From an uncultured delta proteobacterium (GTDB taxonomy: Bacteria; Myxococcota_A; Polyangia; Fen-1088), in NCBI GenBank assembly GCA_963767925.1, contig CAVYGB010000008.1:2656001-2720000 (forward strand): a DNA stretch of 64,000 nucleotides. The letters are read 5' to 3'. The position numbers and the translations under genes were made by a program. Shown here in pieces: positions 21,864 through 29,606 of the stretch; within the stretch, counting starts at the first letter, position 1; each line of letters starts with the position of its first letter. The notes under the pieces are model-generated. The model was given only the letters and a program-made list of their open reading frames with translations, was not told the origin of the DNA and did no database searches.

Positions 21864-22757
21864 CTACGCCAGCAGCCGGCGCTTCCGGTGGAACACCCAT
21901 TCCACGATCCGCTCGTACAGACCGTCCGGAACGAAGCGGCGCAGAACCCCGCCCGTGAAGGCGCTGGGGCCCACTGGCCAGCGCAGGCGCGGGCGGCGGC
22001 GGGTGGCCGCCCGGTGGATGGTCTCCGCGACCTGCTCGACGTCCCCCCGGCGCAGCTTGCCCGACTCGGCCTCGTAGGCCCGCATGAGGGGGGCGTAGGG
22101 CGAGTCCTCCCGCTGCGACTGCCGGGCTCGTGTCTCCTTGACGTGAAGCTCGGTCTGGAAGGGACCCGGCTCCACCAGGGTGACCCGCACGCCGAAAGGG
22201 GCCACCTCGTAGCGCAACGCTTCGGAGAGCGCCTCCAGCGCCCACTTGGAGGCGTGGTAGGGGCCGGCGATTGGGAGCACCACCCGCCCCGAGATCGAGC
22301 TCAGGTTGACGATGGCACCCATCCGGCGGGCGCGCATGATCGGGAGGACCGCCCGGGTCACCCGCAGCACCCCCACCACGTTGGTCTCGAGCTGGGCGCG
22401 CAGCTCGTCGGGGGAGGTCTCCTCGATGGGGCCGAAGCAGTAATAGCCGGCGTTGTTGACGAGCACGTCGACCCGGTTGCCGGTCTCGGCCAGCAGCATC
22501 GACACCGCCGCCTCCACCGAGGTGTCGCTGTTGACGTCGAGGGCGGGCGTCGACAGCATCCAGCCCTGGGCGTCCGCCTCCGCCCGCAGATCGGCCCCCG
22601 CCTGGGGGCGGCGCATGCTGGCGTAGACGCGATAGCCCTCCCGGGCGAACCGGCGGGCGGCGGCCCGGCCGATGCCGCTCGAGCAGCCGGTGATGAGGAC
22701 GACGGGTGCGTTGCGCCCGCTCGCGCTGATGGCAGTGGAGGCGGCGGAGACATCCAT
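21864..22757 (-). CDS. Short-chain dehydrogenase/reductase (SDR)
   Basis: TGCSSGIG (TGxxxGxG), VLVNNAG, NLSS, YHASK (YxxxK), VEPG. Confidence 0.93.
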   Translation of the reverse strand: MDVSAASTAISASGRNAPVVLITGCSSGIGRAAARRFAREGYRVYASMRRPQAGADLRAEADAQGWMLSTPALDVNSDTSVEAAVSMLLAETGNRVDVLVNNAGYYCFGPIEETSPDELRAQLETNVVGVLRVTRAVLPIMRARRMGAIVNLSSISGRVVLPIAGPYHASKWALEALSEALRYEVAPFGVRVTLVEPGPFQTELHVKETRARQSQREDSPYAPLMRAYEAESGKLRRGDVEQVAETIHRAATRRRPRLRWPVGPSAFTGGVLRRFVPDGLYERIVEWVFHRKRRLLA

Positions 22758-22781
22758 GTTTGGTCCCTTTCGTGACGCTGC

Positions 22782-23129
22782 TCAGCGGTCGCTCAGGATC
22801 CGCAGCATCACCGTGGCGAGCAGTCCCCAGGCGAGGGTCGCCGGCAACCAGAGGCGGGTGCCACGATTCCTCACGCGCGCGAGCGCGCGCAGGCCCAGGC
22901 CGATGTGAAAGCTCGAGAGCATGACCAGGGCCGCCATCCACAGCGCGGTCGAGGAGGCCCGCGGCTCGGGGGCCAGCGTGTACGACATCGCGCCGATCAG
23001 GAACAGGATGCCGAACGCCGTCTTGCCGATGGCCCAGCGAACCACCCGGGCCCGGAGCTGCGCGGCGCGCACCTCCGGGAGCTCCCGTCCCACCTGGGGG
23101 GGATGACGGTTCGCGCCCAGCGGGTCCAT
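22782..23129 (-). CDS. Small membrane protein (about 3 TM)
   Basis: ATG overlaps the upstream gene's stop (TGATG at 23127-23131); 115 aa MDPLGANR...LRILSDR with three hydrophobic segments. Confidence 0.65.
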   Translation of the reverse strand: MDPLGANRHPPQVGRELPEVRAAQLRARVVRWAIGKTAFGILFLIGAMSYTLAPEPRASSTALWMAALVMLSSFHIGLGLRALARVRNRGTRLWLPATLAWGLLATVMLRILSDR

Positions 23130-24328
23130 CAGAACGGCAAAGAATAGCCCGTCTGCATGAGATGCGCCCCCCCGTACTTCCGGGTGAAAGGGAGCTTGCC
23201 GATCCCGGGGGGCGCATTCCGGTCGGTGAAGGGCTGGCCATAGGGCGTGCTCTCGAACAGGTAGCCGTAAGAGAGCTCGACCGAGCCGGTCGACAGCCAG
23301 GCCAGGGCCGGCACCTCGGCCAGCCCGTGCAGGTCCCAGATCACCTTCACCTCGGGGAGCTGGGTGTTGAGCCCCCCGAACTTGACGTCCCAGGAGTGAT
23401 ACTCCGGCATCATGCCGTAACACCCGATATCCGCGCGGGCGTTGCACCAGAAGTCGGCCTGCCCCTGCCGGTGGTAGCGGTAAGAGAGGCGGAGCTCGAC
23501 GTGACGGCCGAGGGTCTTGTAGAGGCGGCCCTCCAGGGTGTGGGCGGTCAGGCCCCAGGGGTCGCTGCTGCCGAGCGACTCCTGGTCGAAGTAAAAGCGG
23601 TAGTGGAGCTGCACGCCCAGGGCGAGGCTCGGCAGGTACTGGGCCACGTGAAAGGAAAGGGCGTGGCGCAGGCGGGTCTCCGGGAGATCCTCGCGCCCGA
23701 GGTTGGGATGCGAGATGTACGGGTTCCCGTAAAACCCCTTCAGGCGATAGATCTCGTAACCGACCTGGGCCAGCGTCGTGGGGGTGAGGATCTGGGCGTA
23801 AGACAGCCCAGCGAACCAGACGTCCAGATCCCGCGGCTGCAGGGGGGGATTCGGCTCGATGTCGTCGTGGGTGAAGGCCAGGTTGACGCCGATGGTCCCG
23901 GTGCGCTCCCACACCTCGTGGGAGGCCGACACGCCCGCGGTGTGAGAGAAATAGTCGGGCTCGCGGCTGTAGCGAAAGAAGCCCCCCAGCCGGAGCAACG
24001 ACCGGGTCCAGCCCGCCGAGATGCCGCCCTCGTAGCGCGTCTCGGTGAACACCTCATCGGTGATCGCCCCCTGGGCGATGGAGGCCGAGGAGATGGCGTC
24101 CACCAGCAGATGCCCGCTCACGTCGAAGCCGGCGGGCAGGGCCTTGGTGACCTGGAGCATCGGCTGCACCACGCGGGTGGAGGCCTCGCGGAAGTAGGCC
24201 CCTCGGACCGTGAGGCGATCCTCGACCGGCTGGGCGCGCACGGAGGGTGCGCCCGCCAGGCAGGCCGCCGCCACCAGCAGGCCAGCGATCCGGCGGCCCG
24301 GTGCGAGCGACATCAGTTGCAGCCGCAT
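23129..24328 (-). CDS. DUF3570-like outer-membrane beta-barrel protein
   Basis: Signal peptide; VDAISSAS motif; SREPDYFS; G.YGNPY; E.LPETRLRHA; YRFYFD..WG..AHT; C-terminal GYSLPF; directly downstream of a DUF4266-like gene. Confidence 0.8.
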   Translation of the reverse strand: MRLQLMSLAPGRRIAGLLVAAACLAGAPSVRAQPVEDRLTVRGAYFREASTRVVQPMLQVTKALPAGFDVSGHLLVDAISSASIAQGAITDEVFTETRYEGGISAGWTRSLLRLGGFFRYSREPDYFSHTAGVSASHEVWERTGTIGVNLAFTHDDIEPNPPLQPRDLDVWFAGLSYAQILTPTTLAQVGYEIYRLKGFYGNPYISHPNLGREDLPETRLRHALSFHVAQYLPSLALGVQLHYRFYFDQESLGSSDPWGLTAHTLEGRLYKTLGRHVELRLSYRYHRQGQADFWCNARADIGCYGMMPEYHSWDVKFGGLNTQLPEVKVIWDLHGLAEVPALAWLSTGSVELSYGYLFESTPYGQPFTDRNAPPGIGKLPFTRKYGGAHLMQTGYSLPF

Positions 24329-24531
24329 CCGCCACCGACGTGGCCGTAGCCGCCCTCCGCCCCCTCGCGCGACGAGAACATGTGCTGCCGGAAACGTCCC
24401 TCCAGCCCGTCGTCGAACTTCATGGCCCGGCGGACCAGGTGGCCACGTTGCCAGGGCTTCACGGGCGGGGCGTGGCGGCAGCCGCTGATCAGCCCGCCCG
24501 CGACAAGAATGGCCAGGATCAGCTTCGTCAT
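24313..24531 (-). CDS. DUF4266-like small lipoprotein
   Basis: Lipobox ISGC; VKPWQRGHL...M; REGAEGG...GGGCGCN C-terminus characteristic of the family. Confidence 0.88.
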   Translation of the reverse strand: MTKLILAILVAGGLISGCRHAPPVKPWQRGHLVRRAMKFDDGLEGRFRQHMFSSREGAEGGYGHVGGGCGCN

Positions 24532-24604
24532 CCGGGAGCCTTCCATCTGGCAAGTCCTATAGCGAGAAGGGCGCCAAAGCAAAGCGGTTAATATCCGGCC
24601 GGTC

Positions 24605-25357
24605 ATGTCCGCCTCCACCTACCTGGTGCTCGACATCGAGACCGTCCCAGACCGTGACCTCTTCACGCCGCCCGAGCCGGCGCCCGGCGCGGAGCGGGGC
24701 CCACCGCCACCCGGCTCCGACCGGTCCCTGCCCCCGCTCTACGCCAGCCGGCCGGTGACGCTGGGGGTGATGGAGCTGGCCGAGGACCTGTCGCTGCAAC
24801 GGCTCGACACCATCGGCGATGGCCAGGACGAGGTGGCCATGTTGCAGGAGCTGGCCGACCTGATGGAGCGCCGGAGACCCCACCTCGTGACCTGGCACGG
24901 GCGCGGCTTCGACCTGCCCATCCTGGTCCTCCGTTCGCTGCGCCACGGCCTGTCCTGGCCCTGGTACTACCGGGAGCGCGACTACCGTTATCGCTACAGC
25001 GAGGAGGGCCACCTCGACCTGTGCGACTTCCTGAGCGATCACGGCGCCACCCGCATGACCTCGCTCGACGGCGCGGCCCGCCTGATCGGGCTGCCCGGCA
25101 AGGAGGGCGTCGACGGCAGCCAGGTCGAGGGGCTCTGGAGCAGCGGCCAGCTCGACGCCCTGAAGCGTTATTGCCTCTCCGACGTGGTTCAGACCGCCTT
25201 TCTGTTTCTGCGCCAGCGCCTGCTGGTCGGTAGGATCGACCGCTCGAGCTACCGCCGGGCGGCGGAGGCGCTGCTGGCGGCGGTGGCGGTCGACGATCGT
25301 CTGGGCGGCCTGGCCGGGCGGGTCGACCGCCGGCGGCTGCTGCTCGCGCCAGCCTGA
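24605..25357 (+). CDS. Stand-alone DEDD 3'-5' exonuclease (PolB exonuclease-like)
   Basis: ExoI LVLDIETVP, ExoII TWHGRGFDLPIL, ExoIII YCLSDV. Confidence 0.85.
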   Translation: MSASTYLVLDIETVPDRDLFTPPEPAPGAERGPPPPGSDRSLPPLYASRPVTLGVMELAEDLSLQRLDTIGDGQDEVAMLQELADLMERRRPHLVTWHGRGFDLPILVLRSLRHGLSWPWYYRERDYRYRYSEEGHLDLCDFLSDHGATRMTSLDGAARLIGLPGKEGVDGSQVEGLWSSGQLDALKRYCLSDVVQTAFLFLRQRLLVGRIDRSSYRRAAEALLAAVAVDDRLGGLAGRVDRRRLLLAPA

Positions 25358-25363
25358 ACCGGT

Positions 25364-25846
25364 TCAGACCGGGCTGGTCCGCCGCCGGGCGAGCTCGCTC
25401 TCGATGGCGGCGAACATGGTCGGCAGCGAGACGCTCACCAGCGCCTGCGTCACCCGCCGCACGACGAAGCCGGGCAAGGGGGCGTTGATGGTGAGGGCCG
25501 CCTGATACTCCAGGCGGGTGCCGCCGTCCTCGGCCAGGAAACGCCAGCTCCCCTCCGAGCCCGTCACCACCTCCCCCTCCACGTAGGTCCAGTCGACGGT
25601 GAGCGCCTCGGGGTTGCACACGAGGTCGAGCGTGTAGCGGACCGCGACCACCATCTCCAGGCGGAACTCAACCCGGTGCCGCGGGCCCTCCACCGTCAAC
25701 ACGCGGGCCGACTTCATCTCCCGGAACATGCGGGGGTACGACGGAAAGTCGGTGACGATGTCGTACAACTCACGCGGCTGTGCTCCACGGACCTGATGCG
25801 TGCGCCGGACCGGCGCGGGAGCCTGGGGAGCGGAGCTGGAAGCCAC
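25364..25846 (-). CDS. SRPBCC/START-fold (polyketide cyclase/CoQ10-like) protein
   Basis: LYDIVTDFPSYPRMF, GSWRFLAEDGGTRLEY, C-terminal helix; about 160 aa. Confidence 0.8.
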   Translation of the reverse strand: MASSSAPQAPAPVRRTHQVRGAQPRELYDIVTDFPSYPRMFREMKSARVLTVEGPRHRVEFRLEMVVAVRYTLDLVCNPEALTVDWTYVEGEVVTGSEGSWRFLAEDGGTRLEYQAALTINAPLPGFVVRRVTQALVSVSLPTMFAAIESELARRRTSPV

Positions 25847-25911
25847 GGCGGCGATGTTACCCCAACCGAGGGGGATACACGCACCCGCTGATTCTGGGTT
25901 AGGGTGCTCTT

Positions 25912-28512
25912 ATGCCCAAACCCTTTGCGCCACCGGGGACGCCCGTCCGCTACCTGCCCGATCGACCGGTGTCGATGGAGCACGTGCGGCTCGAGATCGA
26001 TCTCGATCTGCAGGGGCGCAAGCTGAAGGGACGATCGCGGCTCACGCTACGGGTACGGCGGGACGACCTGGCGGCGGTGGAGCTGCACGCGGTCGACATG
26101 ACGATCGACGAGGTGAAGGTCGACGGGGGGCCGGCCCGTTCGTTTCGCTACGACGGTCAGACCCTGCGCATCGAGCTTCCCAACCGTTACGAGCGGGACA
26201 GCGGGCTGGATCTGGAGGTGGCCTACCGCTGCTCCCCCAGCCGGGGGCTGTATTTCGTGGGACCCGACGAGACCGAGCCCGACCGCCCCTGGCAGTGCTG
26301 GACGCAGGGACAGGACGAGGACTCGCGCCACTACTGGCCCGGGCTCGACATCCCGGTCGAGAAGGCCACCAGCGAGATCATCTGCACCGCCCCCCGGGGG
26401 CTGTTCGTGCTCTCCAACGGAGATCTGCGGGAGACGGTGGACATCGACGGCGATCGGTCCCGCTGGCACTACGCCCTCGACTTCCCCCACGCGGGCTATC
26501 TGGTGACCCTGGTCTGCGGCAGCTTCGAGGAGGTGCGCGACAAGGCGCCGGGGACGGGGGTGGAGATCTACTACTACGTGCCCCCCGGCCACGCCGCCGA
26601 CGCCCGCCGCAGCTTCGGCGCCACCCCCCGCATGATCGACTTCTTCTCCGAGCGCATCGGCGTGCGTTACCCCCACCAGCGCTACAGCCAGATCGTCGTC
26701 AACGACTTCATCTTCGGGGGGATGGAGAACACGACCGCCACCACCTTGACCTCCGAGGCGATGCTCGACGAGCGGGCGGCCATCGACCACGACGTCGAGG
26801 GGCTGGTGGCGCACGAGCTGGCCCACCAGTGGTGGGGCAACCTGCTCACCTGCCGGGAGTGGCCGGAGGCCTGGCTGAACGAGGGGTTCGCCACCTACTT
26901 CGAATACGTCTGGCGCGAGCACGCCCACGGCCGGGACGAGGCGGATTGCGAGCTGCTCAACGACACCCAGGCTTATCTCGGTGAGGCGGGCAAATACCAG
27001 CGGCCCATCGTGTGCCGGCAATACAACGAGCCCATCGAGCTGTTCGACAGCCACCTCTACGACAAGGGGGGCCGGGTGCTCCACATGTTGCGCCACACCC
27101 TGGGCGACGAGGTGTTCTGGCGGGCCCTCAACCTGTACGCCGAGCGGCACGCCCATCGCTCGGTCGAGACCCGCGACCTGGCCCGCGCCGTCGAGGATGC
27201 CTCGGGCCGCAACCTCGATCCCTTCTTCGACCAGTGGATCGGCAAGCCCGGTCACCCCGAGCTCGAGGGCTCCTGGCGCTGGGACGACGACCAGTCGGTG
27301 GGGCGGCTGCGCCTGGAGCAGAAGCAGAGCGAGGACCGGGTCTATAGCTTCGAGGCCAAGATCGCCTTCGAGATCGGGGGGACCTTCACCGAGCAGACCC
27401 TCACCGTGCGCGACAAGAGCCACAGCTTCGAGCTGCCCCTCAAGGCCCGCCCCGACCAGGTGATCTTCGATCCCGGCGACGTCGTGCTCAAGATCCTCAA
27501 GCTGGAGAAGCCCCGGCCGCTCTGGATCCGCCAGCTCGAGGCCGCGCCCCTGGCCGTCGACCGGGTGGCGGCGGCCCGGGCCCTGGCCGAGCAGTCGGGG
27601 ACGGAGGTGGTGACCGCCCTGCAGCGGGCCCTGGCCGATGACCCCTTCTGGGCGGTGCGGGCGGCCGCCGCCCGCGCGCTCGGGCAGGTCCGGGGTGACG
27701 ACGCCCGGCAGGCGCTCGCCGGTTTCCAGAGCGACCCCCACCCCAAGGTGCGGCGGGCGGTAGCCGGCGCGCTCGGCGAGCTGCGCGACGATCCCAAGGC
27801 CGCCGAGGTGCTGGCCCGCTGGGCGAACGAGGGAGACGAGAGCTGCCTGGTCGAGGGGGCGGCGGCCCTCTCGCTCGGCCGGGTGCGGGGCGAACAGGCG
27901 CTGGTTGTGTTGCCGAAGCTGCTCGAGCGGGAATCCTTCCAGGACGTCATCAGGGCCCGGGCCATCGAGGGGCTGGGGGCCACCGGCGACGAGCGGGCCC
28001 TCCCCCTCCTGGAGGGGGCCTACGTGAGCCGCTCGCGCTTTCAGGCTCGACGGGCGGCGGTGGCGGCGATCGCCCGGCTCACCGAGGGAACCGGGCTGGC
28101 CCGCCGCGGGCGCGAGCTGTCCGAACGCGCGCTCGACGACCGCGATTTCCGCGTGCGCATGGAGGCCGCCTCGGCCCTCGTCACGCTGCAGGACGCCCGG
28201 GCCATCCCCAACCTCGAGCGGGCCGCACGCGTCGAGCTGGACGGCCGCGCCAGACGGAGGCTGCGGGAGGCCATCGCCGAGCTGACGGAAAAGGGCAGGC
28301 CTGCCGAGCAGGCCCGCAAGGTCGGCGAGGAGCTCGAGCGCCTGCGGCGCGAGCTGGGCGACATGCGCGGCCGGCTCGAGAAGCTGGAGCGTCGCGCGGA
28401 GCCGGCCAGCCCCACCGGGGGTGGCCGCAAGCGGGCGGAGGGGGCGACGAGCCGGCGGCCGCGGCCGCGCACGCGTCGGGGAATCAAGCCCCCGCGACGC
28501 GGGCGCTCCTAG
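25912..28512 (+). CDS. pepN: M1-family aminopeptidase with C-terminal HEAT repeats
   Basis: GGMEN, HELAHQWWG and WLNEGFATY (HExxH-x18-E), YDKGG; HEAT-like DDPFWAVRAAAARALG repeats; C-terminal coiled coil. Confidence 0.9.
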   Translation: MPKPFAPPGTPVRYLPDRPVSMEHVRLEIDLDLQGRKLKGRSRLTLRVRRDDLAAVELHAVDMTIDEVKVDGGPARSFRYDGQTLRIELPNRYERDSGLDLEVAYRCSPSRGLYFVGPDETEPDRPWQCWTQGQDEDSRHYWPGLDIPVEKATSEIICTAPRGLFVLSNGDLRETVDIDGDRSRWHYALDFPHAGYLVTLVCGSFEEVRDKAPGTGVEIYYYVPPGHAADARRSFGATPRMIDFFSERIGVRYPHQRYSQIVVNDFIFGGMENTTATTLTSEAMLDERAAIDHDVEGLVAHELAHQWWGNLLTCREWPEAWLNEGFATYFEYVWREHAHGRDEADCELLNDTQAYLGEAGKYQRPIVCRQYNEPIELFDSHLYDKGGRVLHMLRHTLGDEVFWRALNLYAERHAHRSVETRDLARAVEDASGRNLDPFFDQWIGKPGHPELEGSWRWDDDQSVGRLRLEQKQSEDRVYSFEAKIAFEIGGTFTEQTLTVRDKSHSFELPLKARPDQVIFDPGDVVLKILKLEKPRPLWIRQLEAAPLAVDRVAAARALAEQSGTEVVTALQRALADDPFWAVRAAAARALGQVRGDDARQALAGFQSDPHPKVRRAVAGALGELRDDPKAAEVLARWANEGDESCLVEGAAALSLGRVRGEQALVVLPKLLERESFQDVIRARAIEGLGATGDERALPLLEGAYVSRSRFQARRAAVAAIARLTEGTGLARRGRELSERALDDRDFRVRMEAASALVTLQDARAIPNLERAARVELDGRARRRLREAIAELTEKGRPAEQARKVGEELERLRRELGDMRGRLEKLERRAEPASPTGGGRKRAEGATSRRPRPRTRRGIKPPRRGRS

Positions 28513-28621
28513 CGGGGGGCGATGCGCGACAGTCCTGTCGCGCGCGTGGCACGGCGGTATATCATGGAGCAACGGGCGGTATTAATTTTTCTCGCCTGAT
28601 CTCCCGTGGCCCGGCGCTTCG

Positions 28622-28720
28622 TCAGCGCGGTTTCCAGCGCGTCCTCGAACCCGGCTTCCGGTGCTGCTTCCAGCGCTTCTTCCAGCGCTGCTTCCAGCGC
28701 GTCGGGCGCTTTTTGGGCAC
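28622..28720 (-). CDS. Putative 32-aa Arg/Trp/Lys-rich peptide (tentative)
   Basis: GTG...TGA encodes VPKKRPTRWKQRWKKRWKQHRKPGSRTRWKPR; built from the 12-bp repeat; weak RBS. Confidence 0.25.
   Translation of the reverse strand: MPKKRPTRWKQRWKKRWKQHRKPGSRTRWKPR
28632..28703. repeat. Short tandem repeat with TTCCAGCGC core
   Basis: Three tandem 12-mers TGCTTCCAGCGC / TTCTTCCAGCGC / TGCTTCCAGCGC at 28665-28700, plus another core copy at 28632-28640. Confidence 0.75.
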
Positions 28721-28744
28721 CCGGGTCTCGCGGACCCGAGCCGG

Positions 28745-28927
28745 CTAGTCGGGCCCGGAAGCGCCGCGATCTTCGGCTCGCTCGATCTGCGCCACCTCCA
28801 GATATCGGATTCCGAACGCATCGCCGCCGTAGCGCCGGAGACCCCAGTCCATGGCGTCTTCGAGGTTCTCGAACACGGCAGTTGGATTCATCGCACCGTC
28901 GGGAAAGACCGCAAAGCAGCCCATCAT
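28745..28927 (-). CDS. Small acidic hypothetical protein (60 aa)
   Basis: GGAGG 10 nt upstream of ATG ATG; fills an otherwise empty intergenic gap of about 650 bp; globular-looking sequence. Confidence 0.65.
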   Translation of the reverse strand: MMGCFAVFPDGAMNPTAVFENLEDAMDWGLRRYGGDAFGIRYLEVAQIERAEDRGASGPD

Positions 28928-29168
28928 CTTCTCTTCTCCTCCGTTTGCATCATTCGGCTCTCGGCACCATCCGGGAGATCCATCGGGCTTCTCTCAATGG
29001 GCTAAACGGTTCCGAGCACAGATTTCGTCACCGCCTGAAACGTGGTTGCGGAAAAAAACTCCTCCGCCCATCGCGCCCATCTGAAAAATACACACCGCGG
29101 CCACCCGATCCGTTGGACCCGAACGGGTCGGCTCGATCACACAGCAAGAGACGCGCCAGGGCCGGCGG

Positions 29169-29606
29169 CTAGGGCGAGACCGGTTCGTTGCGCTTCCAGC
29201 CCAGCAAGCTCGGCGCGGCGGCGGGGGCGATCAGGCGGACGGTGAGGGTGTCGTCGCGATCGGTGAACAGGCGCGTATGGAAGGGCAGGTAGCCAGGCGC
29301 CTTCACCACGAGGTCGAGGGGACCACTGCCGCGCGGGCGTTCGATTTCGAGCGGCACCCGTCCGGCCGTGCCCAGGCGCCTGGCGCCCCAGACGACCTCC
29401 GCCGTGACCGGCGTGACCCACAGCCGAAGCTTCACCTTCTCCGAGCGAGGATTGGCCTCCCGGGCCTCCTCCTGCAGGGCCGCGGGCGCTGCCGGCGCCG
29501 CGTCCGGCGGAGGGGCGGCCCGCGCCGGCGTGGGTCCGAGCGCCCTGCAGCCGACGCTGGCCGCCGCCGCCACGAGCAAGGCGGTAGCAGCAACAAGGCG
29601 GGTCAA
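29169..29606 (-). CDS. Putative lipoprotein with PEGA-like beta domain
   Basis: TTG start overlapping the upstream TGA; signal with SVGC lipobox; AEVVWGARRLG...LVVKAPGYLPF. Confidence 0.62.
   Translation of the reverse strand: MTRLVAATALLVAAAASVGCRALGPTPARAAPPPDAAPAAPAALQEEAREANPRSEKVKLRLWVTPVTAEVVWGARRLGTAGRVPLEIERPRGSGPLDLVVKAPGYLPFHTRLFTDRDDTLTVRLIAPAAAPSLLGWKRNEPVSP

Noticed and set aside
28632..28703. Possible CRISPR array
   Set aside because: Units are 12 bp in tandem with no unique spacers, and there are no cas genes in the window.
28721..28747. Pyrrolysine or selenocysteine recoding at the TAG plus hairpin
   Set aside because: No pyl or sel genes are visible, the codon is not TGA, and a short GC hairpin after a stop is common. 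Kept only as a caveated possibility in the small-ORF finding.
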